From positions 1-26,812 of IMG/VR virus record IMGVR_UViG_3300044535_001310: 26,812 bases of DNA. One strand, written 5' to 3'. Each line of letters starts with the position of its first letter. Position 1 is the stretch's first letter. Origin of the DNA: a virus (lineage: Duplodnaviria > Caudoviricetes). This document shows, piece after piece, positions 7,288 through 17,800 of the stretch. The position numbers and the translations under genes were made by a program. Under the pieces are notes generated by a model. It ran no database searches. It was not told where the DNA came from and saw only the letters and a program-made list of their open reading frames with translations.

Positions 7288-10271
7288 TATTGAGCACAGT
7301 TAATATTAATGTTTATTCCCACATTTAGAGAAACTGAACTAATTGCGGTATTATCCAAACAACTTAAATTCGTTATTGTTAATATATTACCAATTAACGA
7401 ATAAGTGTATCCATAATTTATTAATTGTGGTAAATAATCAATTAACGCCAACCTCCATTGTGTTGTAGTTGGGACATCGGTATAACCAAATCCAACATAA
7501 AATAACTCTTTAATTATTTGTTGTCCATTGAGTTCTAAATCGACATACCATTCGGTTAATACCGAGTCTTGATAACATTGATTTAATGTTAATCCGCTTT
7601 GAGCTAACATATTATCAATTCTATTGGCTAATATACTATTAAAATTTGAGACATTAATATCCCTATTAAACCAGGGAAATATGTTAAACTCAGCACTTTC
7701 ACTATTACAATTATAATCAAAAATACCTGAAATAATAAAACATGGATTAACAACGACTGGAATGAATTGACATCCTCTTTGTCGCCTATAAACAAATTTT
7801 TGTTTATGTAAAATTGAATTCTCTAATCTAACACCTCCGTTCCAAATAGTCGTTGCTGGAACCATTTGTTCTACCAATTTTGTCCAATACGGACCAATAC
7901 CATTAACATAATCAATTAATTTTTGATAAGTGTATTGGTTGTTTGGTATTCCGACAGTTTGTTCTGATTCAATATATTTCCAAAAAATTGATTGTAATGT
8001 TGGATATCCTCCAGTCTTTCCATCCGATATGTATTGTCTATTTCTTGTATTAATCATATTCTCCCAAAAAGTTTGAGAGAATTCAAAAAATGTTTTTTTC
8101 TTTGGTTCAGGATTAACAAAAGTTGAATCAACGCCACCTGGAACAGGGTAACCAACCGTTAGACCTGATTCAGGGATTGGATAATCGTATTGTCTCGATT
8201 CATCCCAAACATCATATAATAACCCTTGAGCCGGATTTAAGAATATATCAACATTTTTAACATTTAATACCAATTTTTCATTATCAACAAAATAATACGC
8301 GTTATAATCACCTTGTGTAGATACACGGATTTTATCGTCATCAGACAACCACGATTTATTATTATCAACAACTTTTCTAAGTTTAAACCCTTCATTCATA
8401 AATGGAAAATCCCTAAAACGATTCAGGTATGTTTGTCCATAAGTGAATGGTGATAATTGAGTTTGAATATCATAATTTTGTCCCGTATAAACCAATCCAG
8501 TTAATTGTACTTGGTCGGGACTCCTATGTTGTGGTGTAGTTTCATACCACCCTGAACCTATTTGGAAGAAATATGTTTCGGTGTTTATCGGTGCTTTAGG
8601 GTAACCTTCAAAATCAATTGGGTAGTCAGTTAAATTAACATTCGCACTTTGGTATGTTTCTGTTGTTGTAAATGCGGTATATAATTGTCCTTTTATTTTA
8701 TAAGTGTCTCCGGGTAAATAAGTAGGTACTGAATTCACATAAGTTCCTCCCGAAATTTGAGCCCACTGTGTTTCAAATTGGTCTAAGTTAATTCTTTGGT
8801 CCGCCAAATAAATGTGCTCATTATATTCAATTAATGAATCAGGAGCTCCAATCAATCTTAATAAAAACTCAATTGACCTTCTTGTTCCCTTTGATTTAAA
8901 CAAATACGAAGCATTCAAAATCAAATTTCTATAATAAGCATAATTTAATTCAGTTGGTGTGAGAGCCCTTGCATAGCCAGGGTAAGTTGGTGTGGATGTA
9001 TTTCCAAATACCGAACTTAAAAAATCTTCATTGGTGATTGGCGAAAAATTTGACGACCATCCTAAAGTTCTTGCCAAATTAACTAATAACTCCGAAGGAA
9101 TATCATTCGATGGGTTATAATTAACAGAAGTCATATAAGCCAATCCATCAATAAATTGTTTTACTTGGTCAAAACTTCTACCATAGATTTGAAATATTTT
9201 TTCAACCTTTTGTCCAAGAGTATCAAATTCTTTAAGTGAATCGGTAACCAAAAATCTTGAAATTAAATTTGTCTTAAACGAATCTAAGTTTACCGCTATT
9301 TCTTGAATTTGTTCCAAATAGGCATCGAATTGGTATGACGCAATATCCAAATTCCAAGGCCCGTTTTTAGGCCATGTTACTTGTTGATATTCCGTATAAG
9401 TTTGTCCGTATTCATTCTGTTGTGGTACTTGGAAAACCGCAGTATATTCAGGTCTAACCAATCTATTTAATAAAAACTTTTCAATTTCATCAAAATCTTC
9501 TTGGAATATTTTATCAGTTATAATATCGTTAGGTCTTATCAAAAAATCATTTGTGATTGTATTTGCGGTCGTCCCAAATGGAGACCCTGACACATATAAT
9601 TGAATATATCCGGTAGATAATGTATCCGATGGAACAAATGCCAATACTTGGTAAATATTGTCGTTAATATTAATACAATAATCCAAATAAGTATTATACA
9701 AATTTCGATACTTGGATACCTCAATCTCTCTTAATGATAAGTTATTAATCGCATTTACCGAATAATCAATGTCAAATGGATTATTAATTCTATCAACATT
9801 AACCTTAAAGTAAGTTTCATCTTCCTGAGCATCATATACAATATCATAAGCGGTATTTCCGGTTACGAATTCATTATTATTAAATTGAATGTCTAATGCC
9901 GCGGGAAAATAATTTATAATTTTTGTAATAGATACGCTAAATCTTTTCGATAGCGACCCATACATTGAAAAATTAAGAACTTGGGATATATCATAATTTG
10001 GATAAACTCTAAATTGTGTTGCTAGTATTATTCTACTCTGCTCCAAGCTATCAATACCCATCATGTCTAATGACATAGGTTCGGAGAACGCTCCTACATT
10101 AAAAGTTCTATTAACCTTTTCGACAACTCCTGTGGTAAATTCGAAATTACCTTGCGTAAGTCCTCCTCCCTCAACGGTTTGTAATCCTACAATGTTGTCA
10201 GAAAAAGTCCCTGCCCCATTTCCGGGTCTCGGTGGATAAAAAAATTTAGTTTGTTTAATCTCTACCGCCAT
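7287..10271 (-). CDS. Putative baseplate wedge protein, T4 gp7 / P2 gpI-like core with long extensions (994 aa)
   Basis: DIPSELLVNLARTLGW...YYRNLILNASYLFKSKGTRRSIEFLLRLIG (about 8850-9105) matches the LL..LA..LG / R.LI..A......KGT..SI pattern of the gpI/gp7 family; lies downstream of gp25 and gp6. Confidence 0.7.
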   Translation of the reverse strand: MAVEIKQTKFFYPPRPGNGAGTFSDNIVGLQTVEGGGLTQGNFEFTTGVVEKVNRTFNVGAFSEPMSLDMMGIDSLEQSRIILATQFRVYPNYDISQVLNFSMYGSLSKRFSVSITKIINYFPAALDIQFNNNEFVTGNTAYDIVYDAQEDETYFKVNVDRINNPFDIDYSVNAINNLSLREIEVSKYRNLYNTYLDYCININDNIYQVLAFVPSDTLSTGYIQLYVSGSPFGTTANTITNDFLIRPNDIITDKIFQEDFDEIEKFLLNRLVRPEYTAVFQVPQQNEYGQTYTEYQQVTWPKNGPWNLDIASYQFDAYLEQIQEIAVNLDSFKTNLISRFLVTDSLKEFDTLGQKVEKIFQIYGRSFDQVKQFIDGLAYMTSVNYNPSNDIPSELLVNLARTLGWSSNFSPITNEDFLSSVFGNTSTPTYPGYARALTPTELNYAYYRNLILNASYLFKSKGTRRSIEFLLRLIGAPDSLIEYNEHIYLADQRINLDQFETQWAQISGGTYVNSVPTYLPGDTYKIKGQLYTAFTTTETYQSANVNLTDYPIDFEGYPKAPINTETYFFQIGSGWYETTPQHRSPDQVQLTGLVYTGQNYDIQTQLSPFTYGQTYLNRFRDFPFMNEGFKLRKVVDNNKSWLSDDDKIRVSTQGDYNAYYFVDNEKLVLNVKNVDIFLNPAQGLLYDVWDESRQYDYPIPESGLTVGYPVPGGVDSTFVNPEPKKKTFFEFSQTFWENMINTRNRQYISDGKTGGYPTLQSIFWKYIESEQTVGIPNNQYTYQKLIDYVNGIGPYWTKLVEQMVPATTIWNGGVRLENSILHKQKFVYRRQRGCQFIPVVVNPCFIISGIFDYNCNSESAEFNIFPWFNRDINVSNFNSILANRIDNMLAQSGLTLNQCYQDSVLTEWYVDLELNGQQIIKELFYVGFGYTDVPTTTQWRLALIDYLPQLINYGYTYSLIGNILTITNLSCLDNTAISSVSLNVGINININCAQ

Positions 10272-11179
10272 TATCCAGTTATTGTTGTGAAGTTTTTGCT
10301 GAAATCAATATTATTACCACGACTTTGTCTAACTTCATAAAGAAGAGCATTAAATTGGTCTCTAATCTCGTATAGATTGTATTGTCTATAAATATTATTC
10401 TCAGAGTCGTAGATTGTGTAAATACCATCATCAATAGATTTGGTTTGATTACCATAAAGTGCAATCGCAAGAGACGACACATCGTATTCAACCATTTCAA
10501 TCTCCAATGTAACAGGATTAAAGAATGTGTTAGTAATTATAATATTTTGATTCGGCTGCCCAATGAATGGTGTTGCATTTGGTTTGTTTGTAGGTGAAGA
10601 AGAAGGAGATAAAGTTAAAAATATTAAATTTGAAGTTCCATCGACATAACGATATCTTATTGATTTTTGAGTTGTGTTAATCTCATTAGCAACCACCGGT
10701 TCACAAAAGAATGAAGATGTAACAACTCTAAAGAAATTTGGTATTTTTGAACCGTCAGGATTCAAATATTCAATCCTAAATCCAACCAACCCTTGTGGTA
10801 CAAATTTGTTTTGAAATTGTATCGGAACATTTGAAACATCAATTACGATTCCCTTTACATTTGGGAGAGCATTTAAGACACCACAATCGGTAATAACCGT
10901 TCTAATTTGTGCTGGTCTCAAATACAATGTATATATTCCAATTTCATTGAATTGTTCTGCGGGTAATGTTAAGTTGTACAAACCCCCTAATATCTCAACA
11001 TTCGCATTACCACCAGTTTGAGTATTATTAAAATAAGGTTTTAATAATGTTGGTGCATCAAGTTCTGTTAGGATAAAATTATCCGTAGCATCCCTACTGG
11101 GAGTGTAATTCATTATTATCTGAACATCTTCAGGACTTACGTCTGAAGGTCTAATTGTGCCATACGAGCCTATTGCCAT
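10271..11179 (-). CDS. Hypothetical structural protein (302 aa)
   Basis: ORF track; beta-rich composition; TAATG coupling to the next gene; TATTTATA upstream. No family recognised. Confidence 0.8.
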   Translation of the reverse strand: MAIGSYGTIRPSDVSPEDVQIIMNYTPSRDATDNFILTELDAPTLLKPYFNNTQTGGNANVEILGGLYNLTLPAEQFNEIGIYTLYLRPAQIRTVITDCGVLNALPNVKGIVIDVSNVPIQFQNKFVPQGLVGFRIEYLNPDGSKIPNFFRVVTSSFFCEPVVANEINTTQKSIRYRYVDGTSNLIFLTLSPSSSPTNKPNATPFIGQPNQNIIITNTFFNPVTLEIEMVEYDVSSLAIALYGNQTKSIDDGIYTIYDSENNIYRQYNLYEIRDQFNALLYEVRQSRGNNIDFSKNFTTITG

Positions 11180-11195
11180 ATCTTATTTTTTATAT

Positions 11196-11203
11196 TATAA
11201 ATA
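11196..11203 (-). promoter_or_regulatory. TATTTATA element
   Basis: GTATTTATAATATAAAAAATAAGAT-ATG, 16 nt before the start at 11179, inside a 45-nt intergenic gap. Confidence 0.55.
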
Positions 11204-11224
11204 CTTTATTTCTATTTTTTCAAT

Positions 11225-12334
11225 TTAATTCTTTTCAACTACATTATAAAATCCATAACCATAATTTATCATATCTCCGAGATTGTCGACTTCACCCAAT
11301 CTTTGGATTCTTTCAAAAGCTGAGTTTTTACCACGCTCAATAAATATGTTTGTTTGAACTTGAGCTTGGTCAATAACTTTTAATAAAACTTCATCTTTAG
11401 TAATAGGAACTGCAGTTAAATTATCTTCAGTAAAACCTGAAGATTGTTCAAAAAATATTGTTGTTCCGTCAATATAATCATAATAATTTACATTGTTAAT
11501 AGTATATGCAGTGAAGATATCGTTTATATCTGTGACAGTCCCCCAAATTTGTCCGTTCTTAATTACAACAGCCCCAACTCGATATTGAACCGGCCCATAT
11601 AATATTAAGTCGGTCAAACTAGACTTTGTAAATCCTGAAACAGTATATGGAACTGTTACATAATTAAATGAAGTTTGAGGTAACACCTCATTAACCGCAT
11701 CTCCCGAAAAAATATAATCATAACTTACCGGTGTATTTATCCAATTCCCTCCAGCAGGTATGAAAAACGCTTCTCCATTCGGATTATTTGCCACGATATT
11801 AGTATATGGTGTTGTTATCGTTTTTGTTACTCGAGTTATTCCCCAAGGATTTGTCTGTTCTAATGTAATTTGATAAGTTTTATTTGCCACGGGATAGGTA
11901 TGACTTATCGAATTTGGAGTATAATTTGTGATAGGGTCTATCGAAGAACCATCCCCCCAATCAATTGTATATGTCGACAAATCCAAAAATTTTTGGAATT
12001 CACTTGATGTGTTGTAAATGTTATAAACATAAGGATTTGAAGTTGTTGATGAAAATATAAAATTAGCAACAACATCTTTCTGTAAAACTGCCCCATCAAA
12101 TGGGCTATAATATCCAACATCTATTGCAGTTTGTCTAATTAATATTGGTATTGTTAATCCGGTTAATAATGAAGACCCGTTTGGTCCCGCACTAAGAACT
12201 TGTGTCATAGCAGAATAAACCCCGACAGTCTCTCCCGTATAAGTCGGTCCTACAGTTTGGCCACTAAGGTTTACTCTAAAGATATCTCCACGAATTGTTT
12301 CAGGTGATATTATTATATTATAAAAATCTTCCAT
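11225..12334 (-). CDS. PKD-like domain-containing structural protein (369 aa)
   Basis: YTIDWGDGSS...ISHTYPVANKTYQITLEQTNPWG resembles the PKD W.(F/W)GDG...H.Y....Y.V.L signature (about 11815-11980). Confidence 0.75.
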   Translation of the reverse strand: MEDFYNIIISPETIRGDIFRVNLSGQTVGPTYTGETVGVYSAMTQVLSAGPNGSSLLTGLTIPILIRQTAIDVGYYSPFDGAVLQKDVVANFIFSSTTSNPYVYNIYNTSSEFQKFLDLSTYTIDWGDGSSIDPITNYTPNSISHTYPVANKTYQITLEQTNPWGITRVTKTITTPYTNIVANNPNGEAFFIPAGGNWINTPVSYDYIFSGDAVNEVLPQTSFNYVTVPYTVSGFTKSSLTDLILYGPVQYRVGAVVIKNGQIWGTVTDINDIFTAYTINNVNYYDYIDGTTIFFEQSSGFTEDNLTAVPITKDEVLLKVIDQAQVQTNIFIERGKNSAFERIQRLGEVDNLGDMINYGYGFYNVVEKN

Positions 12335-12336
12335 TA

Positions 12337-13152
12337 TTAAGGATTAACATATTCATACCATTTTATGGGTGTACTTGCCCCGGCTCGTTGATTAGTGTGC
12401 ATATCAAAAACTTGGTAGGTTTGATTTTCATAATTTAACTGAACTCTATAATAAAAATATTTTGTGTTATCAAAAACAAATTTATTTCCGGTTAATGTGG
12501 ATTGTGGTAGGTTCATCATTTTTGTAAAAAATCCTCGTCTGGCGTCATAAAATTTAGCGGTCATATAAAATGTTGATATATCCAAGAAATTCCTTTTCTT
12601 CAACCAATAAATAAAAAATCCTTCTTTATCTCCAACATAATCCAAAACAAACTTAGGTTTTTTAATATTGACGGGGGTTCTTTGCATAATTGCTGGCATT
12701 GTTAACCCCTGTTGTGTTGGAATAATAATCGTTATATAATTTGTTTGTCTTTTTTCATCAACATTGTCATACAAATCCAACTTAAAAAATGAATTTGTAA
12801 AGTTGTTGGTGTAGTAATAAATATCTTGTGGGGTAAATCCTTCAGACATATAATCACTTCTCCAATTCCCAGAAAAACTTAGAGAACCACCTGAATAAAA
12901 ATAAAATTCATACTGAATGTCCGTAAGTTCAAACGGTGTATTTGAATTTGGGTCGGGGACTATGGTTGGAGCATGAGCAAATCTATCAACTTCAAAATCA
13001 CCAAAACCTCCACTAACTTTTTTAATCATTTCTCCCTCATATTCATCAATACTTTGGTCGAGACCTAAATAATCCCAAGTTAATTCTATCGGTATTACTA
13101 ACTCTTTATTAATAAATCCGTCGTTTAATAGTTGTATTTTATTCACATTCAT
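12337..13152 (-). CDS. Hypothetical structural protein (~270 aa)
   Basis: ORF track start at 13155 is TTG; ATG at 13152 or GTG at 13146 (overlapping the upstream stop) are more likely. Aromatic/beta-rich, no family recognised. Confidence 0.8.
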   Translation of the reverse strand: MNVNKIQLLNDGFINKELVIPIELTWDYLGLDQSIDEYEGEMIKKVSGGFGDFEVDRFAHAPTIVPDPNSNTPFELTDIQYEFYFYSGGSLSFSGNWRSDYMSEGFTPQDIYYYTNNFTNSFFKLDLYDNVDEKRQTNYITIIIPTQQGLTMPAIMQRTPVNIKKPKFVLDYVGDKEGFFIYWLKKRNFLDISTFYMTAKFYDARRGFFTKMMNLPQSTLTGNKFVFDNTKYFYYRVQLNYENQTYQVFDMHTNQRAGASTPIKWYEYVNP

Positions 13153-14854
13153 CAATCAAAGGTTTTATTGGATAATTAACTCCATTTAGATTGGAGTTAT
13201 AGTTTATTCCTTCAGGGATTAATCTAAATTGGACTTCTTTAAATGGATATTGAGCAAAATTCAAAAAAGGGTAGTCAACCCCTCTCCCTAAATTATCAAT
13301 GAATCCATAAGTATATAAATCTCTCCATCTAAATTGTTGGTCAGTTTTAGAGTAATACGCATATCCCGGAATTCCCTCAACTACCGCAACGTCTCCTGTT
13401 TCAATATAATCAGAAAACACCCTTATTGTTATTGGTGTGTGTGGTTGATAATAAAAACCAGGTGCATTGGTTGTTGGAGTTTGTGTTGTTTGAAAAACAT
13501 CCTGATTATACTTCAATTTATGATAATATGATGATATAATTCTCTCGGTTTGTTCATAATCATTCCATTCACAAAAATCCCCGTCAATTGTGTCTCCTGA
13601 CATTAAATTTTGGTTATAATAAAATGTTTTTGTCGTCCCACTAGTTAAAGTATAACTTGAAGTTTGAATATTGGTATTTGAGTCAATTGTGCCGTTATCC
13701 CACCAATCATTACTCGTTTGAGTTAAATTAAATTTCCACCCTTCTTTTAATCCTGAAGTTGTACCGGGATTAGGTTTATTGAAATATCCGGTATACCCTT
13801 TATTTATTACCGTGAGAAATAATTCAGTTAAAGGTCTTTTTTGATTATCCAATACCCCGAATAAGTTAAAATCGTTTTTGAAGGTAATATTAAATGTATT
13901 GCTACTCGTTTTTTGAGAAACTCTTGTAATGTTGTTTGGTGTCAGGGAACTAAGTTCAAGTTTCCTCTCCTCATTAAATACATTCTTCTCAAAGGCGTTT
14001 TTAGTGATAATACACTCATCCACATTTGTAATTATTTTATGTTGTCTAACATAATATTTTGATTCAGTTTCCAAGGGATTATCAGGGTTAATTACCCTTT
14101 TGAATATACCTCTTCTCCTGTTTGTAAATGTCGCACCAGTGTATCCAACATCATAAATATTGAATATATATTCGCTACTTTCAAGTAAACCATTACCCAA
14201 TGAATACACCTGAAATAAATCAATTCCATTATAATTAAACGGTGCTGATAAAAATTTTATTTTAACATATTCACCAATAGTCAATCCATGTGGTGCAACA
14301 CATTTGAACGATATTAAACTATTTCCATTTTGACTTGTTTTGTTCACGATATACGGAATTCCTTCCGACGCAATCCAGTTACCACTACTATTTTCCAACT
14401 CATAATATAATTTCTTACCATAATTGTTTTGAAAAGGATAACTTAAATAATAAGTCCAATTATATGTATAAGCACTTTTTGATTGATACCTTATATGTTG
14501 GTCACTAATATCCGGTCGATACATATCAAACTCATAATATTGTGGATATCCAAACCATTTACCATTAACCGTAGATTGTTCGGAATTAACATAATATAAA
14601 GTATTCCTGAATGGAATATAATCTGTAGTACCAATATAAGTGTTCGCATAAATGTAATTCACCTTAAAAGTTGGCCTAAAAATTGTACACAATTGTCTCT
14701 CATCGTCATATATCTGAGCAAGACTTATACTTTGACTTCTATCGTATTCGGTAATTAGTTGACTCTGTTCTTCTAACGATAAAGAAATTTCTTGGTCAAC
14801 AAATGGTGCCGACTTATATTGTAAACTACTAGGTATTATGGTATACTTATTCAT
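13139..14854 (-). CDS. Hypothetical structural protein (571 aa)
   Basis: ORF track; ATGAATAA 8-nt overlap with the upstream gene; Y/N/T-rich; located within the baseplate cluster. Confidence 0.82.
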   Translation of the reverse strand: MNKYTIIPSSLQYKSAPFVDQEISLSLEEQSQLITEYDRSQSISLAQIYDDERQLCTIFRPTFKVNYIYANTYIGTTDYIPFRNTLYYVNSEQSTVNGKWFGYPQYYEFDMYRPDISDQHIRYQSKSAYTYNWTYYLSYPFQNNYGKKLYYELENSSGNWIASEGIPYIVNKTSQNGNSLISFKCVAPHGLTIGEYVKIKFLSAPFNYNGIDLFQVYSLGNGLLESSEYIFNIYDVGYTGATFTNRRRGIFKRVINPDNPLETESKYYVRQHKIITNVDECIITKNAFEKNVFNEERKLELSSLTPNNITRVSQKTSSNTFNITFKNDFNLFGVLDNQKRPLTELFLTVINKGYTGYFNKPNPGTTSGLKEGWKFNLTQTSNDWWDNGTIDSNTNIQTSSYTLTSGTTKTFYYNQNLMSGDTIDGDFCEWNDYEQTERIISSYYHKLKYNQDVFQTTQTPTTNAPGFYYQPHTPITIRVFSDYIETGDVAVVEGIPGYAYYSKTDQQFRWRDLYTYGFIDNLGRGVDYPFLNFAQYPFKEVQFRLIPEGINYNSNLNGVNYPIKPLIDECE

Positions 14855-17800
14855 CTACCGAATATTTTGTTTTAAATTTATCTAACGCACTTTCTCCCTG
14901 AATAATACCAAAATAAAAATGGTTAGGCGCTCCAACTAAAAATTTTGTATCCTCATTACCAAGAACATTTGAATACTTTCCATTAGCATCTACCCCAAAT
15001 AAATAACCACGCTTATAAATGTCTCCAAGTCCTTGACTATTACTATCCATAAAGTAACTTGGGTTGGTCGGAGAGTCAGGATTTCTTCGACTTAATGACT
15101 GGTAATTTTGACTAAAAATACCTTCAATTGAATTTGTCGTTACCCAATTATTTTTTTCACTACCAAATATTGTATTCCCGTTATTTAACCCCCATTGATA
15201 AAACGGTACTCTTTGTGATTTAATCCCATATTGATATGTTATTGCATTTGCATTATTTGAGGGTCTAAAATTTATAATTCCCGGACTCAAATAATCTTTA
15301 TTTTGTAAATCAAATGTTGTTGACGAAAAGAAAATCCCAATAGCAGGATTGTTAGGATACCCAACAACATTAACAGGTGATGGATTTTCATTTGTATTGT
15401 AAAATTGAGGTGAAAATGGTATGACCCCAAATTCAGAATTAATTGACATTGCCTGTGCTAAATCACCGTCAATTCTACGCGAATTTCCATCTCTAGTGAA
15501 CAATTCATTTAAACTATTATTCAATCCCGAAATTATTTTTTTAAGAAAACCACTATTAGTAATTCGACTAATAACAAATAAATTAACTAAATCGGAAGTA
15601 TCGGAATAACTTGATGGGTTTAAACTTTTCATTATATAACCTTTAGTTGATGGTTCAAAGATAATTTCTTGGTATATATCATCTTTCATCCCTAAGTTAA
15701 CTATTGTGGTTGGAAATAATAAATTTCGGTTATTTACCGGTTGAAGTAATCCCGTTTTGGGTCTTCCAATAAATTGACCTGTTGTTTGTTGATAAGGTGA
15801 ACTTCTATAATAGAAGTTATTAGTTTTATCATCAAAATAAACAAGTGGTTTTGCAAAAACCGAACTCGCCTGTCCAAATAAATTAAATTTAGTATCAACT
15901 TGAATTGGAAAAGTATATAATGACCCATTCACCCAGTTATTTGTGAATGATTGGGATAAAACTCCTCGACATAAACCATAAAAGAATCTAAATCTATATC
16001 CCCATTCCGAAAAAGTTTCGAAATCCTGAGTCAAATCAAGTAATGGTCTATTTACCATAACATAACAACCATTTTCAACCGTATCCACGTTTTGACAATT
16101 AGGTTCAACTATAAAATTAGTACCATCACCTTTATAACAATTAAGACCCACCATATTTTCACAAGTATTCATTGTTTCAATTAGTTGGGCTTCGGCAAAT
16201 TGGCCCTCAATGTTTGCCGTTACTTGTTGGGCTCCTGTTGAGAACCCTGGTGAACCATAAAGTAAACCTCCTTCAAAAGAATATGCCGCAAAAGATAAAT
16301 TTTGTTGTAACAACGAAACACTATTATTTAAATAAGTCAAATCGTTTGGTTTATATGGTTGAACATCAAAAGTATCAGATGATGGTAATCTATCTGTTCT
16401 CATAACTGTTTGACCATTATTAATAGTTAACTTAGCATTTGACCCCGTAGCATCTAAAAATTGTGGTAATAAAATAGGGCTAAAATACACATTTAACGGT
16501 GAAAAATTTTCAATAAAATATCTATTAAAATATGTAACAAATGGTCCTCGGTACATGTATGCCGCACCTGATAAATCCTCATCGGGTTCATATTTTGTTA
16601 AACTTGGTAATAAAGGTGTTGGATTTGCAAATATATTATCGGTAGATGAAAGTTGGACTGACACTCCATTAGTTGTCCCCCAAGAAAAATTAGATACCCC
16701 GTATCTGTAGTTATAGGAATAATTAAATCCTCCGTAATTTGTTTTAAAATTATATATACCATACCCATAAAAATCTGGACCACCAAATGATATTATTTTT
16801 TTTGATAGGTTTGTTGGTGGTGGAGTCGTATAACTAGCATCTAATGCCCCGTAATAACCGACATTACTTGTTGTATATGATGAGAAAATTAAACCGGGTA
16901 ATGTTGCACTTGGGATACCGGGTGTATAAAAATAAGAAGATGTAAAAATTTGATTAGCAAGTTTATGGTCTTGAACCGATATTGGTGAATTTACCGGTAA
17001 GGGTTGGATGGGTATGTTCATTCTAGTCATACCAGTTATTATGACATCGTTTTCTTTTGGGTGTCCTAATATTTTACCAATACCATATTTATTTAGCATA
17101 AGTGGTGAGTATGGGTCAATACCTCTCTGTAAAATCAAAATTGTTTGACTTTCAAAATCACTAAAAAAATCACTGGTGTTGATTTTCCATATGTCCGGTG
17201 GATTACTCAAAGATTGCCACCCATCTCCATTTACTCCACCAAATTGTTGTAAAAGATATCCTTGATTTTGAGCCTCCAATTCTCTATAAAATCCATAATT
17301 TTCACTACCAAGACCCGGAACAGTATAAATCGTTTGACCATTTACCACCTTTTTATTTATCGTAATCGCAGTCAATACCTGATAATACTCAATATCTGAT
17401 GGGTAATTATACCTTTGACAAGTCTCTCCACTTGATATTAATGCGAATTCTGCGGTACCGGCTAGTGACTCATAACTAATACCATTTTCATTGTATAGGT
17501 TGTATTGTGTATTTGCAGAAACAATTTGTTTTATTTTAACACCGGGACAGGTCCTATAAGTTAATGTTCCGTCAGTAATTGCGGATATTGTCAAATTTAA
17601 AAAACATTCAGAATTAACACCATTTACATCATATCGTACAATAGATGATGTTGTTTGAGTTACGGCATAACTAACGGGAGTATTAAATGGTTTACTTTTT
17701 ATTATACCATTAATTCCATTTATTGTATACCCACTACTACTTCCCGACCACAAATAATTAGAATCGGTAGATAAATTTTTATTAACAAATGTAAGTAAAG

